Made by a program: the position numbers and the translations under genes. A model generated the notes under the pieces. It made no database searches and was not told where the DNA came from. It saw only the letters and a list, made by a program, of their open reading frames with translations. A DNA stretch of 64,000 nt from Nitrosopumilus sp. (lineage in GTDB: Archaea > Thermoproteota > Nitrososphaeria > Nitrososphaerales > Nitrosopumilaceae): the NCBI GenBank assembly GCA_965207445.1, contig CBDBLX010000002.1, positions 64,001 to 128,000 of the forward strand. Reading direction: 5' to 3'. Position 1 is the first letter of the stretch, and every line of letters starts with the position of its first letter. This document shows, one piece after another, positions 42,224 through 52,248 of this stretch.

Positions 42224-42802
42224 TCAACTCCTAGAAATTTTGCGTGTGTTTTTTGTAGTTGTATCAACTTTTGAATTTTTAGTTTTTTTGGAATCGGCAT
42301 CAATATCACGTAATTTAGATTGAAGTCTTTTGATCTCGAATTCAATATTCTTTCTCGCAGATTTCGGGGTTATTGGAGGTGAATCGGCTTGAGCATTTTG
42401 CAAACTAGACAGTGTGTATTGAGCTTCGAGTAAAAAATCAGATGCAGCTTCAAAAACACATTGTGCTTTTTCTTCATTGTATGTGTGACTAGTAATTCCA
42501 CGATTTTTTCGATACTGATCCCAATAATAAACATCAGATCGAATGAGATTTTTTTTGTACGCTTCACGAACAATGTCTTTGAAATTCATAGAGGCGACTT
42601 CTGCAGGGTTAAATAATGTCATTCCCAAATGTCGTTTGATCATTCTGAGGGTCATCTCATATGTAAATTCAAAAGCTTGTATGACTGCACCGCGCATGTA
42701 TATTTTGTATTTTGGTTTTTCTTGTATTAGTTCATAGTACGCATCTAGTGCATTTTCAAGTTGGTTAATTGCCTTTGCCAACGATGTAACATCAAGACTC
42801 AT
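42224..42802 (-). CDS. HEPN-domain protein (HI0074 family) with a basic C-terminal extension of about 55 aa
   Basis: IQAFEFTYEM and RGITSHTY motifs; paralog of 29768-30199. Confidence 0.88.
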   Translation of the reverse strand: MSLDVTSLAKAINQLENALDAYYELIQEKPKYKIYMRGAVIQAFEFTYEMTLRMIKRHLGMTLFNPAEVASMNFKDIVREAYKKNLIRSDVYYWDQYRKNRGITSHTYNEEKAQCVFEAASDFLLEAQYTLSSLQNAQADSPPITPKSARKNIEFEIKRLQSKLRDIDADSKKTKNSKVDTTTKNTRKISRS

Positions 42803-42965
42803 TGTTTACTCCGCTTTATATCAAATTCTAGATTTTTTATGTTTTATGTAATTGCAGCATCTAGATTTTTGGATTTTGTTTGGAGTTCGCCCCACTGCAA
42901 TGCTAATTGTTGCATTTTTTCCTCAAAAGATTCTTTTTCATCTGATTGGGATTCGACACCTACGT
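42799..42965 (-). pseudogene. hsdM: Remnant HsdM C-terminal tail
   Basis: Manual translation VGVESQSDEKESFEEKMQQLALQWGELQTKSKNLDAAIT*NIKNL; its stop overlaps the HEPN start, as at 30196. Confidence 0.7.
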
Positions 42966-43055
42966 CAGTAGTTTGCAATGTGCCAATTTTTAATGATCTT
43001 ATTTCTAATTATGCAGCGCGGCAGATTTACTATGTCAAGTAACTACCGTGCTCCA
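42966..43055 (-). repeat. Inverted repeat B, left copy (about 90 bp; partner at 45207-45297)
   Basis: Reverse complement reads TGGAGCACGGTAGTTACTTGACATAGTAAATCTG...AAATAAGATCATTAAAAATTG, matching 45207 onward. Confidence 0.85.
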
Positions 43056-43133
43056 ATTCCCACCGAAGCAGTCTTCTGATCAATCCGGCAATTGAATCCA
43101 TAAATAATCCATTGTAAATAATTTTTCATCTCA

Positions 43134-43432
43134 GTAGTTCAAAAAGTAAATCAGTGTTTGAGTCCGGATTCAGGTACATTGTCACCACATGTCGCGTGTC
43201 AGGTCAGTGACACGATTGCGAGGTAGAAAACACATGTATCGTACAGATGAACAGGCGGGTTTGCAAGCCCGATTCGGCACGCCACAACATGACGTGCGCA
43301 GGCGGAGGCCCGGTTTTTATCTTCCCGTGATTTGGCACGTCGTATTTTGTATTGTGCTTGCGGTATTTTTGAGGCAAGATATCACCTGATGTCTTCCAAA
43401 AACCTTCGTGACACCGTCACTTTTTGAACTAC
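43134..43432. mobile_element. MITE-like element, about 300 bp
   Basis: Perfect 14-bp TIRs GTAGTTCAAAAAGT / ACTTTTTGAACTAC; a similar end occurs near 50558. Confidence 0.6.
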
Positions 43433-43434
43433 GG

Positions 43435-43501
43435 ATATCATTAATTGACCCGTGCAGGCGTGCCTGCTTTTGATCACCAATAATTAGACCTGAACGCTTA
43501 C
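43435..43501 (-). repeat. IS66-like end A, right copy
   Basis: Ends in CCTGAACGCTTAC; inverted match to 40095-40161. Confidence 0.85.
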
Positions 43502-43619
43502 GGTTCGGATGCTATTGTAGTATGCAAGCACGTTTGTGTGGGATCCAAATTGAACATCTTGACCGGCTTGAATGTATACTTAATATGTTGATAAATAGAA
43601 CGTCGTCACGAATCATAGA

Positions 43620-45206
43620 ATGGCACAGACAAAATCCAAATCCACATCGGGAGGGGCAGACACAAATCGTTCTGCCGATACAGATCTACTCGGATTTGAA
43701 GAGAAGATGTGGAAGGCTGCAGACAAGCTCCGAAGCAACATGGACGCAGCAGAATACAAGCACATTGTACTGGGCCTGATATTTCTAAAGTACATCTCGG
43801 ATGCGTTTGTGTCTCTCCACGAGTCACTGAAGAAAGACCCCGATTCTGATCCAGAAGATCAAGACGAGTATATTGCTAAAAGAATCTTCTGGGTACCCAA
43901 AAAGGCACGGTGGGACTATCTTTCGGACAATGCAAAAAAGCCAGAGATAGGAGAGTTGATCGACAATGCAATGCAGTCTATCGAAAAAGAGAACTCATCC
44001 TTGCGCGGAGTCCTGCAAAAGGACTATGCACGGCCCAGCCTCAATAAACAGAGGCTTGGAGAACTAATAGACCTGATAGGCACCATAGGTCTAGGAGACA
44101 AGGAAAGTAGAAGTAAAGACATTCTTGGACGCGTATATGAGTACTTTTTAGGCCAGTTTGCAGACGCAGAAGGTAAAAAGGGTGGGCAGTTCTACACACC
44201 ACGAAGCATTGTCAAATTATTGGTAGCTGTTTTACAGCCATACAAGGGCAGGATTTTTGATCCATGTTGCGGATCAGGGGGAATGTTTGTCCAGAGTGAG
44301 AAATTTATCAAGGCTCATGGTGGAAAAATTGGAAACGTCTCAATCTACGGGCAGGAGAGCAATCCCACCACCTGGCGCTTGTGCAGAACAAATCTCGCCA
44401 TACGCGGAATAGAATCCAACATGATTAAATGGAATGGGCAAGGTAGTTTTGTACAGGATGAACACAAAGATTTACGAGCAGATTTCATACTTGCAAATCC
44501 GCCATTCAATGACAGTGACTGGAATGGACATCTGTTGCAAGATGATGTCAGATGGGCGTATGGCGTGCCACCTGTAACCAATGCAAACTATGCATGGATT
44601 CAACACTTCATAAACCATTTGTCACCTGCAGGAACGGCCGGATTTGTAATGTCAAACGGCTCAATGTCATCCAACATAAGCGGTGAGGGTGAAATTCGTC
44701 AAAAAATAGTAGAACAAGATCTGGTAGATTGTATGGTCGCACTGCCCTCACAATTATTCTACAACACAGTGATTCCGGCCTGTCTGTGGTTTGTAACTAA
44801 AAACAAGAAAAAAAATACCCAGTTTAAAAATCGTCAAAAACAGGTACTGTTCATTGATGCTCGCAATATGGGTATGATGATTGATAGACGACATCGGGAG
44901 CTAACAGATACAGACATCACTAGAATTGCAGATACCTACCATGCTTGGCGCAATAAAAAATTTAACTCTAAATACAAAGATGTTGCAGGATTTTGCAAAT
45001 CTGTACCGGTATCAGACATAGAAAAACAAGATTGGGTGTTGACGCCGGGTCGATATGTTGGGATTAAAGAGGAAATTGAAAATGAAGAAGAATTCGAAAC
45101 AGAAATGTTCAAACTTACAACAGAATTGTCTGTACAATTTCAACAGAGTAAAAAACTTGAAAGTGAAATAAAAGGTAATTTAAAAAAAATTGGATTTGAA
45201 ATCTAA
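43620..45206 (+). CDS. hsdM: Type I R-M methyltransferase subunit
   Basis: [31 protein letters not shown] and LTPGRYVG motifs. Confidence 0.95.
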   Translation: MAQTKSKSTSGGADTNRSADTDLLGFEEKMWKAADKLRSNMDAAEYKHIVLGLIFLKYISDAFVSLHESLKKDPDSDPEDQDEYIAKRIFWVPKKARWDYLSDNAKKPEIGELIDNAMQSIEKENSSLRGVLQKDYARPSLNKQRLGELIDLIGTIGLGDKESRSKDILGRVYEYFLGQFADAEGKKGGQFYTPRSIVKLLVAVLQPYKGRIFDPCCGSGGMFVQSEKFIKAHGGKIGNVSIYGQESNPTTWRLCRTNLAIRGIESNMIKWNGQGSFVQDEHKDLRADFILANPPFNDSDWNGHLLQDDVRWAYGVPPVTNANYAWIQHFINHLSPAGTAGFVMSNGSMSSNISGEGEIRQKIVEQDLVDCMVALPSQLFYNTVIPACLWFVTKNKKKNTQFKNRQKQVLFIDARNMGMMIDRRHRELTDTDITRIADTYHAWRNKKFNSKYKDVAGFCKSVPVSDIEKQDWVLTPGRYVGIKEEIENEEEFETEMFKLTTELSVQFQQSKKLESEIKGNLKKIGFEI

Positions 45207-45297
45207 TGGAGCACGGTAGTTACTTGACATAGTAAATCTGTCGCACCGTATAATCAAAAATAAGATCATTAAAAATTGAGCACATTGCGAACTACTG
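45207..45297 (+). repeat. Inverted repeat B, right copy, immediately after the hsdM stop
   Basis: Inverted match to 42966-43055; the first 34 bp are identical. Confidence 0.85.
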
Positions 45298-45592
45298 GTC
45301 ACCGGTATGAGCATAAGATTGGCCGGGACGATACTGATGTCATCGTTATGAGTCAGAGGCTTCGAATACTTCAACAATGACAAAAAGCGAACGGGACGCT
45401 TACAATCCTGTCACTCATTTTTTACATTAATTCATCGGTTCTGTTACAATTCATGATCTAGTCTAAAACTACAGATAGGTCATAAATTGGAAGCAGATCT
45501 AATTTGCTTCACTACGCATAATGTCTTTGTAAATCTGCTGGAGGCATTTTCTACTGTCGGTATCCTACTGTCTTGTCAATGGTCCGTTAAAA

Positions 45593-47166
45593 TTAGGCCA
45601 AAAGCAGAAAGAGTGACGCCGGAACCATCACATATTCTGAAGAAACGTCGAGTCGATCTTTGGATATTACTAGACCCTTGCCACGCGTCTTGTTCAGAAC
45701 CCTACACATGCCGGCTAGGTCACGTCCCGGCCTGTTTCGATATTTTACTTCTATTGGCACCACCATCTTGCCACCGTCATCATATACAAAGTCAACCTCA
45801 CGACCCTTCTCCATGTGATAAAAGATTCTATAGTGGTGGTCAAAATTTTGTTTGCTGGGACTGGCATTAAAGGCCAATCTTGTCAGATGGTTGGCGACAA
45901 TACCCTCTATCAACACACTTTTGTTTTCGCTTGCATCAAGGTATTCTGATGATGCGTCAAAGTAGCCCCTAGATGCAGTCCATCCATTGAACATGTGAAA
46001 GAAAAACGGATCAACAAAGTAGATTTTTTTGTTACGGTGAAACATAGGGCTCCTGCTATCCATATTGTATCCATATATTGTAAGCAAAACGAAGAGGTTT
46101 GAGAGTGTCTGCACAGAGTCCTGTACCGTCTTGGGGGATCCGACATCTGCATTCTTGGCCATGTTGTTCCATGATGCATGGCTTCCTTGTGACTTTACAA
46201 CCTCCCTGCCAACGCGTTTTAACAGATTATTGTCTCTGCCAAGCCTTGACCACTCCCCCATGATGCTATCCATGTATGTACTGTACACGTTTTCGCGAAT
46301 AGGCAAAGTCGATGCTTGGGCATTTACGACAAAAGGAATTCCTCCGCTGTACATGTATTTGGACAAAAGATCGTCTAACAAGTGTTGATGCATGTGAGTG
46401 AGATCCATTGCACGATCTACTTCACCATTTGCCAGTTTGCCAAATGTTGTAAGCCGATCCTTGGATCTGAGAAAATACGAATCCACAATCGTTCTTATCT
46501 CCGAATCCATCGCACTGGCATACTCTGCAAACTTTAACGGAAAAAGAACTTTGTCGTGAGGTTCTGTTGTGCTTCCCCTTCGCCCGGGCAGCCGTTCAAT
46601 TGATCTCTGCAGGTCTATTGCATCAGAACCCGTCGCCATGACGGTACTGTTTGCAATACTGTTTCTATCCTTCAATCGTTTTATACCCTTTTGCCAGTTT
46701 GGGATGGTCGATACCTCATCTAGGAAGATGTAACGCCTCCCTTTATCCCACATACGACGTGTTAGTCTATTGTAAGACTCTACTACGTCGACCAGCTCAC
46801 TCGGTGTCTTGCACAGATCAAATGAATAGTAGAGTATGTTCCAAGGAGATGTTCCTTTCTTCAAGAATTCGCGTATCTGTAGTTTTAACAGGGTGGTCTT
46901 TCCAATCTGGCGTGTTCCCCTTAATGTATACACTACAGGATTGTCGGGCTCAAAATCATAGGTTATCTTGTGCATTATTCTCGGTACAATTTGCAACTTT
47001 GATCTCATCCACATTGTTATCTCCGGATCATCGTCAACCCAGTCAGAACCTCTCCACCATGGATTGTCCCTTATGATCTCACGTTCTACATCGAGATTAT
47101 CAAACTTTACTTGTCAGAACCTCTCCACCATGGATTGTCCCTTATGATGTCGCCATCTGCAATCAT
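45593..47166 (-). pseudogene. AAA_14/DUF4143-type ATPase with a C-terminal PD-(D/E)xK-like motif; 5' end interrupted by a 71-bp insertion (residual ORF 45593-47014)
   Basis: GTRQIGKTT, IFLDEV, TGS, GGIP, KKIYFVDP and EVDFV...PIEVK motifs. Removing 71 bp joins ATG 47166 (MIADGDIIRDNPWWRGSD) in frame. Confidence 0.82.
47042..47148. repeat. Exact 36-bp direct repeat around a 35-bp unique insert
   Basis: GTCAGAACCTCTCCACCATGGATTGTCCCTTATGAT at 47042-47077 and 47113-47148. Confidence 0.95.
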
Positions 47167-47203
47167 GCACTGTACTACTAAGTAATTTATATAAGAATTG
47201 TCA

Positions 47204-47275
47204 TCACACTACTAACTTAGTTATATACTAACTATCCTCACACTACTAACTTAGTTATATACTAACTATTCTCAC
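47204..47275. repeat. 34-bp tandem duplication upstream of the ATPase gene; each unit contains a palindrome
   Basis: TCACACTACTAACTTAGTTATATACTAACTAT x2; TAGTTA-N5-TAACTA within each unit. Confidence 0.85.
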
Positions 47276-47501
47276 GAGGCTGTCAAGTTACAGGAACAAG
47301 AATCCGCCGGTTAAACGCGTGACATGGAACAAGATCAGACTACTTTCAGCGGTAAGATCGCCTGAGTCCATTTCCAATCGTCAGTCTTACAGTAGGATCT
47401 AGGTTGTCAAGACTCAGTAGCGCCGCATCCGCATAAATTGATTTTCATATGGTATGTGGGTGTAGAGCAGTCATGCCCAGCCACGTAAACCCCTTCAGAC
47501 C

Positions 47502-47961
47502 GTAACTATTTTGCTTTTTGAAGCGCACACACATAAAGTAAAAGATCATGCGTGTTGTTCTGATCATGATGATCTCGGCATCGTATATTCATGTATGATC
47601 AATTGGCAACAATAACGCATAGTTGATTATAATATGCAGATGGATACACAAATGATTCTGTAGTTTTAGCCAGGGTTATATGATTTGCACAGCATATCAA
47701 AAAAAAACTCTCACCTCTGATCTTACCTGTTGCAAGCAGTGTGAATAATATTGAGTTGGCCTCCATACCACGAGACGTTCTGTTTCCATCATCACCACCA
47801 TCATTTTTTATGGATACAAATACTCGATTAGTTCGTTCAACATCATTGTTGTCTGGCGGCACATCCTTTATGTGTAAAAAGGTTCTCATGTTGTAGAGGT
47901 TGGTGCGTAATTGACATTTGGCCTGCCTGTGACCCTTCTGTGAGCTTGGTTTATTGTACAT
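47502..47961 (-). mobile_element. IS66-family remnant
   Basis: End GTAACTATTTTGCTTTTTGAAG; transposase C-terminal fragment VPPDNNDVERTNR. Confidence 0.8.
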
Positions 47962-48076
47962 TCAATCTACAAAAGACTGAAATCTATCTATAGTGTGTTT
48001 TGTTTTTGAATATACATGTGTGTTTTAGCAGACAGATTATAGAACATGAAACGTGCAAGTGTGATGGCAGTCACTA

Positions 48077-49189
48077 TCATTCGTATGATGGAATTTTTTG
48101 CCCTTTTTCATGAGCGCAGATAAATCTGTTCAGGACGTTGATATTCCATGCAATCGATAGTATTTTACCAAACCGCTTTTGGTTTTTGGCCAGGCGCATA
48201 CGACAGTGTAGCCTGTGATTCTTTGTTTCTTCTGCTCCAAATATTGCCTCGATAAGTGCGCGTTGTTTGTATGCATCTTGGTCAAAGATCTCCGCTGCTT
48301 TTTTTCTGCTTGGTTTGCCACGGTTTGTATGACCTGCGCCATCTGTGTGATTGCGCTGCTTTATGTTCGGTTTCATGTTTGCATTGAATATTGTCTCGCA
48401 ATTTTGATCCGAGTCGTATCCCTTGTCTCCGTTGAATAAGCGTTCTTCAATCTGTGTATAGTTTTTTACAAGAAAGTTGACCATATGTGGAAGCATTGAC
48501 GTGTCACTCACATTGCTTGGTGTTGTGTATGATGCAAGTATGATCTGGTGTCCGGTTATCGCAGTAATGTGATATTTTAGGTACATCTTGATGCGTGTCG
48601 GCTCAAAGTCTTGTAGTAAATGATTAGGTCTTTCTTGTTTTTCGTACCTGTCAGTCTCTACCCCACTACTGTCTACCCCAATCGGAGCGGTAGGTCCTTT
48701 TTTTACGTCTTGTTTACCGCTCTCAAAATCCTCGGATCCGTGCGTAAGTATGGTCTCTTTACCTTTTATCGGTACCGGATCTGTCCCAGATTTTTCAAGT
48801 TCAGTTAGACACATGTTGGCAGTATATGCCAAAATAGAATCAAGCCAGTCGAGATCAATTGTTTGCATATGTTTGGTTACCCAACTATAATCAGGCTTCG
48901 TCTCGTCAACCCATTCATCATGCATATGTCCAAGCTCATTTACCACATCACGAAAAGGAATATTTTTTGCAACTTTTAAAAGACACAAAAAATCCATCTT
49001 GTCACGAGAGTGTACCGGCTTGCATCCTCTATTTGTCTTCTTTTCCTTGCACGGATGTGGGTTTTTTCGTATCGCTGACAACAAGGTCTTGCGCATAAAA
49101 TCCGGCTCAGATTTGCGTGCCTGTTCGTAATACAGCCAATAACCTTCGCGTCGCTTGTGCTGCTCTGTCACTATACGGTCTGCCTCCAT
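48077..49189 (-). CDS. IS5/IS4-type DDE transposase
   Basis: GVDSSG, KYHI, GDKGYDS and YKQRALIEAIFG (YREK-like) motifs; element ends not identified. Confidence 0.82.
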   Translation of the reverse strand: MEADRIVTEQHKRREGYWLYYEQARKSEPDFMRKTLLSAIRKNPHPCKEKKTNRGCKPVHSRDKMDFLCLLKVAKNIPFRDVVNELGHMHDEWVDETKPDYSWVTKHMQTIDLDWLDSILAYTANMCLTELEKSGTDPVPIKGKETILTHGSEDFESGKQDVKKGPTAPIGVDSSGVETDRYEKQERPNHLLQDFEPTRIKMYLKYHITAITGHQIILASYTTPSNVSDTSMLPHMVNFLVKNYTQIEERLFNGDKGYDSDQNCETIFNANMKPNIKQRNHTDGAGHTNRGKPSRKKAAEIFDQDAYKQRALIEAIFGAEETKNHRLHCRMRLAKNQKRFGKILSIAWNINVLNRFICAHEKGQKIPSYE

Positions 49190-50122
49190 AATTTGTTCTT
49201 ATTTGAAACCCACACACTAAATTTACACAAACAACAAGCAGACATCACATTCATCACAAACCATGCATTGTAATGGGTGTCATTCTGTGTAGTATAGCAT
49301 GTTGTGGCAACCCACCATATGTCGTCGTTCCACCGCACTTCACAAACGATACGTTGATAACATTGGCTAGTCAACGTTGTTTAGCATCCCCTTTGGTCAT
49401 ATTCCAATTATTCAATTGGGGTGCCCCTATAAGTAACTTTTGGTATGCGCGCATATACTTTTATATATGAGCTTATTAAATATATGTACATAAAACTCTG
49501 GCGATATTTGCAGATGGCTTTGCAAGTACGATGCAGATGGCGATTTGATGAATTACGCACCAACCACCATGTTGTATCCTTTGCGCCTCAATCTCTTTTT
49601 TTTGAATCGGTTTATTATGCCCTCTTTGTCACCGTCCCAGTCTTTTTCCTTTGTCCAATCATTGTTCATTAGTTGGCGCAGTTGGCTGTCCAAACAATGA
49701 GGCCACTTGTCGTGTGCGAAGATCGCCTATTTCATCTGCTTTATAGAATTGTTTGAATATTCGAACTAACGTGGTGAGAAATCAGTGCTACACCTTTTGG
49801 ATTCACATATTTGATGTCTTTTTTTGGCAGTCGAGTCTGATGTGCCAAACACATCTGATGGATTATTCCAATGTGACTCTATGATGGATTAGAGTCGTGT
49901 CGTACTAGTCCCTTGTATTTTGGCAGGAATTTTTTGAGGGCGGATATTGTTTTGTCATCAATTATCTCTATTAGACAGCAGTCGTCTCCGAGCGCAATCA
50001 AACCACACACATGTTTTTTGTTTGCTCCAGGCCAGTCAAACTCATCACAGCCTAACTCGTTTTTACTCAAAATTTTTTAAACCAAAATTATCATAGTATA
50101 TAATCATAAGAATTTAAGTGTT

Positions 50123-50268
50123 CACTTCAAAAAGCAAAATAGTTACACATTTTGGGTATTTTCTTACATATCGTGTTTATCATTCAGATTTACATAAATT
50201 CGATCACAACAACGATCGATATTGCTGTATATGTATGCATACTTACAGAATAGTGGTTTAACTGTTAC
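50123..50268 (-). mobile_element. Two nested IS66 end remnants
   Basis: The reverse complement of 50147-50268 aligns with the left end of the array-inserted IS (10679-10810). It is cut at 50146 by a GTAACTATTTTGCTTTTTGAAG end like that at 47502. Confidence 0.8.
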
Positions 50269-50276
50269 GTGTCCCT

Positions 50277-50555
50277 TTACCCGCGTTTCGGGTACTTTGG
50301 GCGTCCGGCCCTCAAGCTTGCGTTCTGGTCGGAAAGGTCCCTCAACCTTGCAATCAGGTGAACCACATAGTCCGCCATCCTTTCGACGCCCTCCCGGTCC
50401 ATGCCGGTCATCATACGGACGAGCTGCTCGCGTATTATCTCAGGCTGGACCACTGGCCCCTCGCCGGGCATGACCTCAGTCGCCTTGAAGTACTCGTACG
50501 GAACCGGCGTCTTTGACGTTTTTTTCGTCGATTTCGCGGCTTTTTTCTTATTCAT
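50277..50555 (-). CDS. Hypothetical protein in a GC-rich patch
   Basis: 92-aa ORF with GC-rich codon usage, co-oriented with 50580-51236. Confidence 0.5.
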   Translation of the reverse strand: MNKKKAAKSTKKTSKTPVPYEYFKATEVMPGEGPVVQPEIIREQLVRMMTGMDREGVERMADYVVHLIARLRDLSDQNASLRAGRPKYPKRG

Positions 50556-50579
50556 GGTAGTTCAAAAAAGTGAAAGGGG

Positions 50580-51236
50580 CTATGCCCAGAACCAGCTCCA
50601 ACTGCCTGTCTGCCTGCCGTCATAGTCCACCGTGACGTGGACTATGTAAAGGCCCCCAAGCGTGGCGCATTCCAGCGGGTACTTGTCTACCGGGGGCACC
50701 TCCAAGTTGGCGTGGCACCCGGATCCGTCCCAGACGTTCCTGATGTCAAGGTACACATTGGTTTCCCAGCCGTGTTCCTCGCAGTTCGGGGAATCTCCGG
50801 ACGTCAGTATGCTCGGGAACCACTGGTCGACACGGAGGTTGATGTTGCCGTCATAGTCAACCTTGTAGTGCCACGTCTCGTTGGCATCGTCACATCCCTT
50901 GTTGACCCCGTACATGTTGAACAGGTCCCTCCACTGGGTGCTCTGCTGCTGGGTGTCGCTTCTCGTGGCCTGTGTCGTCTGGACGTCGGAGACGTCATCG
51001 TGCAGCCTCTGGAGCACGTCCTGCTGTTCGGACTTTAGGCTCTCCCTAATCTGCACGTCTTCGGCCTGCTGTATCTGCGCTTCCAGGGACTGCACTTGCC
51101 GTATCAGTTCCTTTTTTTCGCTGCCTGACAAGCCTGTCGCTTCCTCGGCCACGGCACGATCCATTGCGCCAAGCGGCAGGATCATTGCGGTGATTATGGG
51201 CGCGGACAGTGCAGTCTTTACGTTTTGCAAAGTCAT
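50580..51236 (-). CDS. Hypothetical, possibly exported protein in a GC-rich patch
   Basis: Hydrophobic signal-like N-terminus, a coiled coil and a 4-Cys beta-rich C-terminus. Confidence 0.6.
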   Translation of the reverse strand: MTLQNVKTALSAPIITAMILPLGAMDRAVAEEATGLSGSEKKELIRQVQSLEAQIQQAEDVQIRESLKSEQQDVLQRLHDDVSDVQTTQATRSDTQQQSTQWRDLFNMYGVNKGCDDANETWHYKVDYDGNINLRVDQWFPSILTSGDSPNCEEHGWETNVYLDIRNVWDGSGCHANLEVPPVDKYPLECATLGGLYIVHVTVDYDGRQTGSWSWFWA

Positions 51237-51391
51237 TGAACGGGTATGATGGTATCGTCTACTTAAGGCTTCATGTAAATCTGAATATTCATACCTGTAT
51301 TTTCGTGTGAGTTAACTTATTGTGGCATAATCATAAGATCATATATCTTTAAGATTTATCATCAAGTGATAGACCAATAATTTTACACAAT

Positions 51392-51754
51392 TCATCCCAG
51401 ACATTGTACACGCAGATTCCACGTCTCAACACAACTAAATATTACACAGAGATTTTCTGCCCCCTTGTCACTCTTCAACTGCAGACGACTGTTCCTCTGA
51501 CTTGTTACAGGTTTCATTGATTGCTCTCCAAGATTTGTGGTAGAGTAGACAAATGGATACAAAACAAATGTAAAAAGTTCGGGCGCTGCGTTTTCTAGTG
51601 TGGCGCCAAACTCTTTCATTATCTCATATCTGCTTTTTTTGTATCTAGATATTATACCACACAACCATTTTTGAAGTTTTGTAACATATGAACTCTTTGT
51701 GTGACCCAAACTCTTTGGATGCAATAACGAAATCACATATTTGTATTTGGTCAT
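51392..51754 (-). pseudogene. IS66 transposase C-terminal fragment
   Basis: LENAAPELFTFVLYP..STTNLGEQSMK resembles LLNAAPDLFTFVKYPGMPPTNNKSERTLR in 11359-12756. Confidence 0.75.
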
Positions 51755-51813
51755 ATTTCTATCTGTATATTGAGATAGTGCATGCGATGCATTTGAGTAG
51801 GCGTTATTTTTGA

Positions 51814-52038
51814 ATGATCATATTAGTCATGGATCTTGGTTCACACATAAAATTTATAGACATTGCCCGTATCAATACATACATGAGCAAAGGTGGAGAA
51901 GTGGCACGTCGTTTAAAAGACAAACTACCACAACATGCAGATGATCTGGAATACATTGCGCTCAGTTTTGATCGCACAGAACAGCTTTTGAAGGAAGCCG
52001 ATGAACGATGGGACAGCCTAAATGCAGGTACAGCATAG
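51814..52038 (+). CDS. Small hypothetical protein (probable start at MSKGG)
   Basis: Protein-like helical composition only. Confidence 0.35.
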   Translation: MIILVMDLGSHIKFIDIARINTYMSKGGEVARRLKDKLPQHADDLEYIALSFDRTEQLLKEADERWDSLNAGTA

Positions 52039-52248
52039 TTAAATCGGGAGGTTTTTTAAAAGAATTTTAAAAAGCAAATCACATTTGTTTCACAAGTGTG
52101 CAAGACCCAATACAGAGCTAAATTACAATTTTTTGAAGAAAAACGTCGCAAAACTAAAGGTGAACGTTGGATTTTATTAGAAAAGTGATTATATTTCAAG
52201 GGTAAATATTGCCATGATTATCCAGATTAAAAAAAGTATTAAAATGAT

